A stretch of DNA of 64,000 nt from assembly GCA_026025075.1 (NCBI GenBank), contig JAPEUI010000043.1, forward strand, positions 1 to 64,000, in the 5' to 3' direction. How positions within the stretch are numbered: the first letter of the stretch is position 1; each line of letters opens with the position of its first letter. Under the pieces are notes generated by a model. It was not told the DNA's origin. It did no database searches and was given only the letters and a program-made list of their open reading frames with translations. This DNA comes from Vezdaea acicularis. Lineage: Eukaryota. A program made the translations under genes and the position numbers. Positions 33,963 to 45,770 of the stretch are shown one piece after another.

Positions 33963-36059
33963 CTACGGCTCTCCGAGCTGCCGCACCTCCTTTGTGCACC
34001 TCCGCCACTTAACGCTAACCCATGATCTTCCCAGAAAGTAGACTAATAGCGAAGTAGCCCGTAGGAACATCCATGAACTGCATGTTTGCCCGTGTCCTAA
34101 TCGCTCGAAGCATGAAATTGTGAAAGCCACGAAGCCCACACGTCCCACGATGTCTAGCGCTTTGAGCAGGATAGAGGGAGATACGAGAATCTTAGCTCCT
34201 GCCAGTTCATCGAAGGTCAGCCAGAGATATACCCACTGGACGCTTGGGGGGCAGGAGGAGCGCACAAAGGTGTCGAGGTGGGAGAGGCTGAGGGTGCGTG
34301 GAAGATTGGGCGGCTCGTGGAGATTTTGAAGAGGGGGCGGGGTGGGCGGCAGGTTTGTTGTAGCTGTGGGATAGGCGGTAGCAGGTGGCTTTCCCGCGCG
34401 GAGAAGTGAGAGTAGGGGGATCAAATAGCCAGCCCATGAAGGTTGAGGAGCAGTAACTAGGGGAATTATGGGGGAGGAGGAAGGGCTCGCCGCCAATAGT
34501 GGAGCAGATATCAACGAAGCGACGAGGGAGGGCTGCGAGAGATCTAGCGTACGGTTCTCTATGACTGGCGTCAAAGCTTCCGCGGCTATCGCGGTCATGG
34601 TGGAGGTGTAATGTACGAAGCGAGAGAAGAATGCCGGCGTGAGCGCTGAGAAGCGCAACTTCTTCGCTTCCTGCGCGGGGTCTGCTTTTGCGTCGCCCAA
34701 GACAGAGTCGTAGCTCGGGATTGTGTAGATAACAGATAGGGACGGAGAGGAAAAGCGGCATTGTTGAGTGAGATAGGCCCGGAAGATCTTCTCGAGCAGG
34801 ACTTCTTGTGTGGTTGCTTTTCGACCGACACTAGAAGAGAGGACCTCGGGCCGAAACCAGACTCGCAGGCGCCGGAGAAAGAAAAGACGACCTGCTTCGT
34901 AGACAATACGTGGAAAGGTGCGAAGGCCTACAAAGGACCAGGATAGGACGAAGTGCGCCTTGGCGAGCATACTCATCACGGCCGGGTCCAGAGCGGGACC
35001 TTGGGAATGAATCCGAGCTATAAGCTTGGTTTTTCCGGTGCGGTCGCGGAGGGTGATGGTATTATCAAGGCGGTTGCTGGTTGATTCGATGGACAATGCG
35101 GTGGGATGAAAGGAGGCATACGCGTGGAGAGAGTATTCGCCTTCTCTGTCGTTGAAGGGAGAAACATGGAAGTCCTTTTGCCAGGATTGACGGAACGCTG
35201 ACGTCGTTGTGCTTGACTCGGGACTTATGGAGGGCCGTAGAAAGTACATTCGCCGCTCATCGAAGGTGTTGTTCACCTCAAGTATCATGGCGCTTAGGAC
35301 ATGTTTAGAGGAGTAAAGGTACCAGAAAGACACAGGGTTGAACTGATAGTCCCAGAAACGAGGGGCTGTAACAAGGTAGGCATGAGGAAACTCTGCAGGG
35401 TCGACATTCTAATTGGTTATGAGCTTTAAGGGGAGCTGAGAGATAAAGGCTTTCAGGATACCAACCTCACTGTTGAGGTACTTATTCAGTTTGCCGCGTA
35501 AGCCCAACTCTCCATGTCCTCTCATAAGGTAGTCTTGCGCATCGATACGAAGCCATGGCCTTTTATATGGATCATTGCAGTTTGAAAAGAACCTGTGGAG
35601 GCATACGGCCGGAGCGAGCTTTTCACTTGCCAAAGCATCTTCAACTCCAATCATGCCGTTCATCGAGCCCTTCCATTCGACGGGAATACCTACGAAAAGG
35701 TACGAATAGGAAAAGGCATGAACCTTTGGGGAAAATCTCTTATGCGTAGTCTGACATGGGAGTATCAGAGGAGGCGCCCAGGACTTGATTGGATTGCCGC
35801 TGGCTTTCACTCCTGTTCGCTTCGAATTGATATAGAAATCTGCCGCAACTCCACCCCCATATACCGCGAGGGTTTGCACCAGAGCCCATTTTAAGAACTC
35901 GAATATTAGAGACGTAAACCCAGAGTTGGGGTTTCTCCGCCATAATAAAATAAGTGCAGTACCCAAGTCAAATACGCCTGACTTGGGATCGACAATGAAC
36001 CGACAAAATGTGATGAGGATTATTGAACAAAAGTAGGGGGCTGAAAGTAGGTCTAGCAT
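33963..36059 (-). CDS. DUF1365 family protein; intron 35465-35409
   Basis: TTHKRFSPKVHAFSYSYLFVGIPV, spliced YLVTAPRFWDYQFNPVSFWYLY, MILEVNNTFDERRMY and KDFHVSPFN are hallmark DUF1365 motifs. Confidence 0.85.
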
Positions 36060-36512
36060 AGCTTTAAACCGAGCCCGAAAAGGTAGGGTGGAAGGATTAG
36101 AAGGCGCTCAAGAACTCATTGCAATCATGAGTGTGAAGCTAGGCGCCCCTTGGCTTGTCCGCGTCATAGAAATAAAAATCAGTGCCGGTCGAGATATTGT
36201 CATTACAGCCCACAACAAATTCGACCGATGAAAGAGCCTCCCATAATTAGTTGTGTACTCATCGCATATCGCTAATTGTAGGCAAGGAGCTCAATTCCAT
36301 TGAGCCACTGTTTTGGTTCTATGCGAAGCACTGCACTACAGGTGAATTGATGTCTAAGTATGCCAAGCCACCGCAACCCCACCAATCGGATTGCAATACG
36401 AAATCCCCAAGGCGGTGAGTCTAATGGGCAGAATATTGTAGTGCACACGCTCTGGTAAATAAGTTTACTGATGAGATGAGTTTTCGGTAAAGGAAATATT
36501 GTAGAGCCAAAT

Positions 36513-39500
36513 ATGGCGCTATTTTCTGCTCCAGTATGTTATGAAGATCATTTGCCATGTCTTCGATGCTAATGCGCCACCAGGTCCTGGAGAGCCGCAC
36601 TTCACACCAGGCATTGCAGGAGCTGGAAAGAAGCTCCGCCCCATTCAAGGAGCAACTCGCAGAAGCTTGGAAGATTGTCGATGTTGACAAGGGTCAATTG
36701 AACAACATTGTCCTCTCCGATCCCAATCAAGTAAATGACAAATATATTCCTGAATTTGCAGCAAGGGAGGAATGGGCGTTGCGCTGGCTCTTAAAGAAAC
36801 TGCATGCAAACCCAGATATCAGGTTGGACTCCTTCCGAGTGATTTTCTGCTAAGTAACAGCTAACATATGGATAAAAGCACGCTAGATCACACTCCTTGG
36901 GCTTTCATGCATGTCCTCATCCTAAGGATTCCTCTGGCCAATGCTGCTCGAATACTCAACAATGGCAAATTTATACAATTACTGGAGAAGACGATGACAT
37001 GTGTTGGGAAAATCGTAGAATCGGAGGAAGTAGTCACAGGCACGGCGAGTGGAACAATTATGGTCTCTCAGGGTAGTCTGGACATTGCCTCGGACTCGAC
37101 TTCAACTTTGTCAGAGAACCCTATGCCGCCTCCTCACCGACGCTCGAATAAGAGAAAACGTGACGATGTTGAAGGAACTATTGAACTTGCCTCGAAGAAC
37201 TCTGCTTTTGTCACTTACACGATCGTACTCTTGCGGTTATTGCATTATCTTAAAGAGGTCAGCAAATGTGTGAGTAGTCGATCAACAGAAAATGCCTACG
37301 CCAGGGAACATATGAAAGCAGCTCTAAGAACCGAAACAGTGCCGCCAGCGAAGATTGTTGGCGGCTTGCTCACTTTGCTTCGATATTCGCAAGGAACTGA
37401 GAAATCGGGACTCGGCCACCATTCGCCCATTGAAAACGGCTTAGAACCAATCTTAGATTTTTGGATTGATCGATTGAAGGAAAGGGGTGACGAGACTAGC
37501 ACTATAAGTGACGTATGTTGGTGCAAGTGGTAGGAAATCTCTCGCGCTACTTTACTGACATGGTGACAGAATGCGTTTTCCTCACATTGTCTTATTCCTG
37601 CACTCTCATTACTCTATGAAAGCCGTAGAGCCGGTCATTCTCCAAACTCCACTATCACCGACCGACAAGCTCTGAGTATGGTTGAAGAGCTCATTGGCCG
37701 TCATATCGTAGTACCATCTCGATCGAGCTTCTCAGCGCCTGAAACCTTATCAAAGGACCAAGACAAGGCAGGGTCTTCAAGTCTTGCTTGTCAGAGATTA
37801 CTAGATCTACTAAACCCGTTGAAACTGTCAACTACTCCAATAGCAGCCAGCGATCGGAAGTCTGGCGGATATTTACAAGCGCCCGTTACATATGTGCCTA
37901 CCATGTATGAAATCATTGTCAGATGTTCATCCCAGCAGGGTAAGCGAAGAAAGGCTGGTGACGTTTCCTGGCTTGAGAGCTCTTTTCTGGAGCTTTCAGG
38001 GCTTATTGGAGTCCCTCTCAGAGGACCGGGCACGAAGTTAAGCCTTGATCAAGCGGAAGTTCTCGTTCAACTTCTCGATGTAGCCCTAGCAAGAAAAGTA
38101 ACATTGAAATCTCAGATTCTTGTGGGCTTGGCTAAAGGATACTGCGGACTTGAATATAACAGCGAGCATCTGTTGTCGTGGCAGCTTATTGAGAGAATAG
38201 TTAGTCTTGATCCGAATGTTTTTCTCTTTACAACTAGAGAAGAAGACCAGGTTCTATCAGCTAGTACGGAGAAGAAAGTTTCCTTGCTAAATGCTCTCCT
38301 TGAAAAGATAACTCTTGCTTCCATACGTATAATACGTGGAGGAAAGGGGGACAGCTATCTCTCGAAGGAAGACCAGCAACTGATACACATAAGGAGGCAT
38401 ATCGTCCTTCCTCTTATCAGAGGATCTGCAAAGGCTCGCGATCTCCGGAGCTTCATTGATCATTGGCATCAACAACTAGTATTACAACATCAGCTTCAAT
38501 CATCTGACAACGAACGAACCTCGAAAGGGAATGGCAGCAAGAGGGTGTCAGTAAATCCAGTTTGGCAGGACAAAGACATCCAACTCATCCTTCGCGAGAT
38601 CTTGGAGCACTCGCTGACCACTAATCAATTGAAGTCGCTTATCGGAGATCTATTTAGCAAGCTCTCGTCGGAAGACTGCAACGCTGTGGAAGCCGCTTAT
38701 ACAGTTGTCGAATGCATTCTCCGCGCCATCAAGGGGGATGAGTCCAAAGACGCTCTAGCTGACCAAGCTCAACTCCTTGTTGATATGTTCTTCAGGAAGA
38801 CCAAGTCATCTGCCCCTGACTTCGAGAACGAGAGCTTCTACTGGCTTTTGCGGTGTTGTTCGGCGCTCATTGAAGGCTGGCCTGAGCAGGTTTCTATATA
38901 TTTTAGTGGAAAGTTACGGGAACTCGACTGGGATAAAATTCCCTGTTTTCGCCCCTGGTTTGAAAACAATAACAAAGATCTATCCTTAAAAGCAGAGCAA
39001 GATTCACACCGCTACCAACGTCATTTAGAGAAATGTATTTTCGTGATGAACGCGATAGCTATTTCAGATGACGCACAACAGAATTGTAGATCGAACATCA
39101 GCATGACTCTGGAGGCTGAAATCGAGGGATTGATCAAATACATCCATATAATAGGAACAAATTCAAACCAAATTGCCCCCCAGAAGCCTTCACAGGATTT
39201 TGGAGGTAGTTATAAGATATGGGATGGCGATATGTACAACGTATGTGATCAGCACGTTCTAGCCTTGTCAATAACTTTCAACTTGCTTTTCCGTTACCCT
39301 AAGGCTTTCCTGTAAGATGGATCTTTGACCCCTTCTAAAAGATAGTGCTAAAATAACGGTCCTGCAGATCTATACAACCCGAGCTACGTCTAGAAATTCT
39401 TAAGGCAATCCAATCAGCTGCTCAAGTTTCAGAGCCATGCAAACGCGGATTCATTTCCTTCGAAAGCATATGGAATGGAGTCTTTGAAAGTGATCTTATC

Positions 39501-41094
39501 GTTGGCAGCAAAGTCATCAAAGGTAATCTTTATGGCCACTTGATTCATGTTCTGGTGTTAACAGTGTCAGTGGACTTGGAAAGTCTTATAGTGGAGGAAA
39601 TTGAAGAGCTGGGGAGGTCAACTGAGCTATCAAAGTCTATCCTATGTAGGAGAGCAATTGAGAACTTCTTTCGGCTCCCAAAAGAGACAACACCTCGCAG
39701 ATTACGTGAAAGGGTCTTAAAGGTGATACATGATCATGATCATGACATTCATTTCAAAGGAAAGGCAAGGAATCTACAAATTGATATTCAGTACACTGAC
39801 TATAGGTTGTGCAGTGCTGATGCCGCCTTCAGAGCAAGCGGGAGGCCTCATCAGGGAACACCCGCAGAGCGCGTTATTGTCCGCAGTGCCGCTAAACGTT
39901 CAGACAGTCGATATACGGGCATATGCGCAAGAGAGTGTCAGTGTCTTCAATGATGGTACGTTCTGCGGGATGTTACTTCAGACCCCAAACTAATGGTAAA
40001 GGGTGTACTCACATGGAGTATCGAATGATTCGAAAATCCTTTCAGCGCATTGTAGACCTGTCTAGCAGCGACCTGATAGTTGCCACTGTATATGAGCTTG
40101 GAGGGGCTGATGGTGCCACCGAGGAGCCACCGAGGCCATTGATGCGCCCCACTCTCCTGGTTTTAAGAGCTATCTTTAGCTCTCTGTCAGGTAAGCTCAT
40201 CAGCGCCTATATATGTGAATCTGCTTTGACTAGGAACTCCAGAATTTCATAAATCCGACGAACTGGGCTCTGCTCTTCGGCGCATACTACTGAAGATTTC
40301 CGAAAGTATAAGAACCACATCCTCAACATATGATCTCTGCGTGAAGCTAGACTTGTTCACGATCTTACATATGAGAACGGTAGGATCGGGGCTCTAATTT
40401 TCCATGTCCAGAATTTGGCTGACGTATAAAGGGTTGGGCTACTTCTCAGTGGACTGTCGAACAGACCCTTAGTGCACTTGCAATGCTCATCTCTCCGCAT
40501 AGTTTGGAACTTGAAGAAAGAGCCGCTGGTCCGGTATACCTTCGAATATGTCAAGTCCTAAGAACAATTCTGAGTGCCCATCGTCTAAAACTTCGCGGTC
40601 GCTTTCACCTCCTACTCCCAATACTGCAAAGTCTTCTGCGTGGTCTATTCGTGCCTCATTTTCGCGGCAATTCAGTACAGCGGGCCCCACTCAACCGGCC
40701 CCTATTGATCGAGCAAAAAGGCTCCACATTGGGAACCTCCCATGCGACTGCCTACACTCGTCTTCTGACATCAATTTGCGACCCCTCTGTATCTTCCGTT
40801 TCCCATGGCAGCCACCGCTCTAAGCAAGGCCTCACCCCAGCAACAGACAAGGCTCGTAAATTGGCAGGTCAGTTTCTTCAGTACATACTCATGGAATACG
40901 CTCATTGCCAGCTACTCGGGACTTTAGCACCTGATATCAAGAAATGTTTAATGCCTGGGTTTTACGCTATCTTTGATATTGTTGGTCCTGATGGAGTGCG
41001 AGCAACAAGTGAGGCAATGGACAAAGAAAGTCGTGCAGTGTTCAAAGACTTGTGGGAAGACTGGAAACAGTTCGGTCGATGGGGAGGTGTCTAA
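36513..41094 (+). CDS. URB2: Nucleolar pre-60S biogenesis factor Urb2/Npa2; multi-exon, one internal junction unresolved
   Basis: The C-terminus RLKLRGRFHLLLPILQSLLRGLF...AYTRLLTSICDPSVSSV...LMPGFYAIFDIV...RAVFKDLWEDWKQFGRW matches the Urb2 domain, and the N-terminus has REEWALRWLLKKL. GT-AG introns link the ORF pieces; first exon 36513-36533. Confidence 0.85.
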
Positions 41095-41318
41095 AGTTCG
41101 GTGTACGACCAGCAATTTTGATTAAGGCCTTGACCTCTAGAAATATATGGCCTTTGTGTAAGGAGGATCAACTCAATTAACGATCCGTGGCGAAGTCTAG
41201 TCTTTGCAAGCTTGAAGAGTCGAAGGACCTTATGAAGGTCTTAAATACGCTTCATAAAATACCAGATTATAGGTTTAACCTGGATTTCCGGGTTCCAAAA
41301 TAGTCCCCGTCACCTTAC

Positions 41319-41650
41319 TTAGCCTTCCGAATCCCACATCTCTGGAACTTGCTGTGTGCTTTCCAGTTTCTGATCAATCCTACGTTAGATGAACCTTCGT
41401 ATCATAAGCGTTTCGAAGGAGGCGTACCTTCTCAAGCAGCTCCTTCAAACGCGGCAACTTGTTGGGATGCACAACTAGGGTTTGCTCATCTAAGTCATCG
41501 ACAATCAAGTCATTACCGGACTCTGACTGTATTTTGAGGATGATGGCCTTTATGCTAGGGTCGCATTCGACAAGAATCCCTGCACTACTCAGTAAGGCCA
41601 AGAGAAGTATGATTTGATTAAGTCTGTTTACCTTTCGTGGCTTTCGGCAT
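41319..41650 (-). CDS. TFB5: TFIIH subunit Tfb5 (p8/TTDA); 3 exons
   Basis: Spliced product MPKATKGILVECDPSIKAIILKIQSESGNDLIVDDLDEQTLVVHPNKLPRLKELLEKKLESTQQVPEMWDSEG*. Confidence 0.9.
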
Positions 41651-42300
41651 TTCGTCTGTACCTGTGTTTCGAAACTACTCGCAGTCGCTTCTTGACGTTT
41701 AAGGTCTGCTTCACGCTTGCCCCAGATCTGGCTTGGCAACTTATTTTGAGTATGAAACAGCCGGTCGGCTGCACGTTATCGCCGACTCCGACATAGCCTA
41801 AAGTTGGGGGTCAATAGACGGACGAAGCTTATTGGCTAAGCGAGATGAATAATAAAAGCCTGTCGTGTGAGGGTGAGCAAGCTTGCCCTGAATAAGATCA
41901 GCGCTGGGAGATGGCTCCTCTCCTTGCTTGACATGTTCTATTCTCATCAACAGCGCCAACTTTTGTGCTTGAAACGACGTTTGAGTAATTGCTCGGAGTT
42001 CTAGCTATTGCTAAGCCCCTTTCGCGGTGTGGAGATGGGGATCCTATGAGTTATAATTCCGGAGCTTCCGGGTTGACCAACAAAGTTTGCTTCCGGCCCC
42101 CAAAGAAAGGCTCTCTGAAGGGACCATAGTCCGTTGGCTGTTCAGAAATTCATGGAGATTGTGGCTTTTGCTTCAAAAGAATTTGCGAGGACTTTTAGCC
42201 GTGCTACGATTATATTGATCGCTGTCCCTCTCACAACCGACGCCTCTTCAAGACTGTTGCCAGCCATAACGCTTGGTACCCTTACACAACTACCTCTTCT

Positions 42301-42957
42301 ATGATGGCCACAGCAAGTTCATCAAGTGGACCTTCCTCTGTTCCTCCTGCTTCAACCTTAATGCCTTCACCTTCACCTTCACCGGTAGCTGCGACAACCC
42401 TCTCTCCCTTTCCACCCGGCATCACTCCCCCTGCGCCGCCAACAACGAAACAAGACCATGATACAAGCAGTCTCGTCAATCTCTACTTTCTTATACTGGC
42501 ATTTGGAGTTTTCATACTAGTCATCATCTACTGGTTTATACATCGTCAAAGAAGAGAGCAACGGTTACTGTCGGTGCGTCGTAGGCAGACGGCTTTGGAA
42601 AGAGATATGCAAGGCTGGCGAGGAAACAGGACATGGATGTATGGTGGCTGGAGAAGTAGTGCGGGCCATGGTATGCATCGCAAAGAGGAAGGGCTCGACG
42701 AGCATGGAATGGCACCTCCACCATATGAACCGTCAACCGCAGAATCTACACGAGGACTAGCATCTGATCAACATGACATTGAGAGACAGGCGAGGGCGAC
42801 GTTCGGGTCCCACGAGGCCGCAAATAACCTCGCTGTACCAATGCGGACACTATCGAGAGCATCTACAAGAAAGCCACCTGGATACGAAGAGAGCATCAGC
42901 TCTGCAAGTTCGTCGAGAGTGAACATGCTACCTGAGCATGATGGGAGACCTGTCTGA
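42301..42957 (+). CDS. Single-pass membrane protein with cytoplasmic PY motifs
   Basis: S/P/T-rich N-terminus, transmembrane segment LYFLILAFGVFILVIIYWFI, basic stop-transfer residues, then PPPY and PPGY motifs. Confidence 0.75.
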   Translation: MMATASSSSGPSSVPPASTLMPSPSPSPVAATTLSPFPPGITPPAPPTTKQDHDTSSLVNLYFLILAFGVFILVIIYWFIHRQRREQRLLSVRRRQTALERDMQGWRGNRTWMYGGWRSSAGHGMHRKEEGLDEHGMAPPPYEPSTAESTRGLASDQHDIERQARATFGSHEAANNLAVPMRTLSRASTRKPPGYEESISSASSSRVNMLPEHDGRPV

Positions 42958-44081
42958 CATGGCTCTGGGATCGGTGGGGTTTGTCTTGGATCTGGATTTC
43001 CAAAGCAACACGGTATGAAAATTAATAGAAGGGCCTTGCGTGGGATACCAGGCCGCTACCTTCACTGAGCAGAGATCAACCTGAGCAGGACGACATTTCT
43101 CTATCACCAGTATTTGAACGATGAGGCTGCGTGCACTTCATCATGGCTTCATCCATGGCTATGCAGCGTACCAACATTAGATTTAAAACGCATTTGCATT
43201 CTTCTGGCGTTACGGAGATCAGATCATGCTTAAATATGGCCATAGGCATCCTTAAAGCATGAGCTAGTATCCTATTATTGAGGCGGGGGGCATGGAAGCG
43301 GTTCGGGGACTTTAACTGGATATAGACCTTGTAATTAATAGATGTGCTGGTTCGCGGCGAAAAACTCTAAGACCTGGAGAAAGAAAGTGATCAACATGCT
43401 CCGTTCCCGACTTTAGAAATGCGGTCTCGTGAGATTCCGCCCTTATTCATGAGTCAGCGTCGATAATTCGAGCTTCCCCTTCCGAGTTTTGCTGTGCCGC
43501 AAATGCGTGGCGCACAGCTCCCTGTGAAGGAGGCCCAATGAAACGCGGCAGGGCCTGGCGAACAACAACGGCGGAGCGCTTAGAACCCTGCACACCGCTG
43601 TGAGTGGAACGGCCATGTCGCTTGGCATCACGGTAAAAGTCGATCGGAGAGGCCGCTAGGCAGAGTCACGTGATTACCAGGCCACCCTTCCCCGACCCCC
43701 GGGCGAGGCCACCGACAACTCACTCTCCCTCTCGCACACGCCCGCGTCCGTCGCCCGCCCACCCTCTCGCTCGCCTGCCCGCCCCTGACGAACTGATTCC
43801 TTCCGCTTCAACACTCGCCGTGCTCCTCACTTCTTCATTCTCTTCCTCCTTCACTCTCCCTCTCCACGACCACTTTCACTCACCCCTTTCGTCCATCATC
43901 ACGACCGTAGCCCAGTCGTCGCCTCCCTCATTTTCCTCCGGTCTGCTGTTCCCTCGCGACATCCACTCTCTAATTTAGAAACCAGCCAAAAACAGATCAA
44001 CTTCTTCCGGCCTCTTGTCCCTTTGCTGCATACATACTTCCTGCTTTTCTGCTTTGCGAATCATCAATTCCGAAATTGAGT

Positions 44082-45770
44082 ATGGAGACCGGTGCTCTTG
44101 CTCAAATGAACTACAATACCTTCGCTCCTAATTCTAATGGATCTCTTGGTCTTCCGGGTTCTGGCTTCGCCTCCAGAGGCAAGGGCTCGCACATCAAGCG
44201 CTTGTCCGTAATTCCTCCCAAGATCTCCACCGTCGCCGAAGATGATCAGTCTACCGGCGTATCCACTCCTCGAACCAGTCGTTCTCATTTGCTCGCTGGG
44301 TTGAGGACGGCTCCGAAGACTTATGCTGTTCCTCCATCTGCACCGCCCACACAACTCCGATACAACATGAATGGCATGGATGGCCGTCGTAACATTGATC
44401 AAGATAATACTCGTGCTAGAGCTGTGCCACAAACGGCTACTGCCTCGTCCTTCTCCAATGCGCAGCGGAATAGATACTCTGGGGCTATGAATACTCCTAT
44501 GTACTCTCTGCCCGAACAGGTTCTTGCACCTCCTGCACTTCAAGTCGGTGATCAAGGCGAGGAGCACATGGATCCTAATCTTTATGCGGAGCTTATGGCT
44601 ACCAACCTGTATCTGGCTCAACAGCAGCAACGTCTTCAACAACAGCTACTCAATGTTACAGCGGCCGCTCAGCAATTCCAAGGCCTCAATATCAACAACC
44701 AAATGGGCATGGTCCAACCAAACTATGGTGGACAGAACATCGGCTTTTACAATCAACAAGGACAAAACAATATGCAGCCGATCATCTCTCCAGTTCCCGG
44801 GGCTCAACCTGGCTTGTACTCTGTTTATGATCCGATGACTGGACAGCAAAGCCTCTTCATCGATCCTAATGCTCAGAACCAGCAGGCCGCTACGACTCCA
44901 CCTGCTGAAGACCGTAATCCATCACCACCACATCCCGAGACGCCGCTGTTCAAGGCCCAGATTTCTCCACCTCCACCTGTCAACTCCACGATGAGCGTGC
45001 ACCGAAATCCTTCTCCGCCAAAGTCGGTCTCTCCACCTCAAGCGTCTCCGATGTTGCCGCCACCTTCTGCAAACGCATTCCGTCGAGGTCACAAGAAAGC
45101 AACATCGCTTGCATCTTGTGTCAATGCCAACTCGGCTGCAAAGGCAGAGGGACCAAAGACAGGCGTTCCAAAATCTACGGCGTTCCCTCCGACTCCAATG
45201 ACTGGCACCTTCGGACCCGGCCAGGCAAGATCTGGTGAACACCCGGTTCGTCAGCCTCGTGGCCCGCCTCCTATGGAAGAACTTCTAGCAAAGCCGAACG
45301 CCGACTTTGAAGGCAGTAAGAATTTTGCTTCTCGCCGTCGCCGCCTTGCAGTCAACAACCTCGTTCGTGCTGGCATTGAACGTCGCAGTGGGCGCGCTGC
45401 AGGTTCTGCTGGTAGTGCAGGAAGTTTGACGCCCCCCAGCGAAACCGACATCACATTTTCGATTGGCTCGGATGATGATAACGGCAGCGGAAGTCTCTCC
45501 AGCAAGCCCAGCATTGGTAGTCTACGTGCTGAAGCCAATGGTGCCATTGGCTCTGAGAGAAAGAAGATGCAAGAACGATCCCGCGAGCGGGAATCTGTTG
45601 GAAGTCAACATACCACTGCGAGCCTCACTAGTGATGAGGGAAAGACTGTGGGCGGGAAACTCGTAGATTTGAAGGTTGACAGTTCGGACCTGAAGTTCAC
45701 TGAGGAGCGTCGCAAGACCCCCATGTTGGTCCTTACCTCGGCCGAGAAACGCAAGAGCTCCCTCTTTTAA
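44082..45770 (+). CDS. Conserved hypothetical fungal protein (Q/N/P-rich, disordered)
   Basis: Intronless ORF of about 562 aa after a pyrimidine-rich leader; motif-like islands TPRTSRSHLLAGLRTAPK, RQPRGPP and KNFASRRRR. Confidence 0.8.
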   Translation: METGALAQMNYNTFAPNSNGSLGLPGSGFASRGKGSHIKRLSVIPPKISTVAEDDQSTGVSTPRTSRSHLLAGLRTAPKTYAVPPSAPPTQLRYNMNGMDGRRNIDQDNTRARAVPQTATASSFSNAQRNRYSGAMNTPMYSLPEQVLAPPALQVGDQGEEHMDPNLYAELMATNLYLAQQQQRLQQQLLNVTAAAQQFQGLNINNQMGMVQPNYGGQNIGFYNQQGQNNMQPIISPVPGAQPGLYSVYDPMTGQQSLFIDPNAQNQQAATTPPAEDRNPSPPHPETPLFKAQISPPPPVNSTMSVHRNPSPPKSVSPPQASPMLPPPSANAFRRGHKKATSLASCVNANSAAKAEGPKTGVPKSTAFPPTPMTGTFGPGQARSGEHPVRQPRGPPPMEELLAKPNADFEGSKNFASRRRRLAVNNLVRAGIERRSGRAAGSAGSAGSLTPPSETDITFSIGSDDDNGSGSLSSKPSIGSLRAEANGAIGSERKKMQERSRERESVGSQHTTASLTSDEGKTVGGKLVDLKVDSSDLKFTEERRKTPMLVLTSAEKRKSSLF

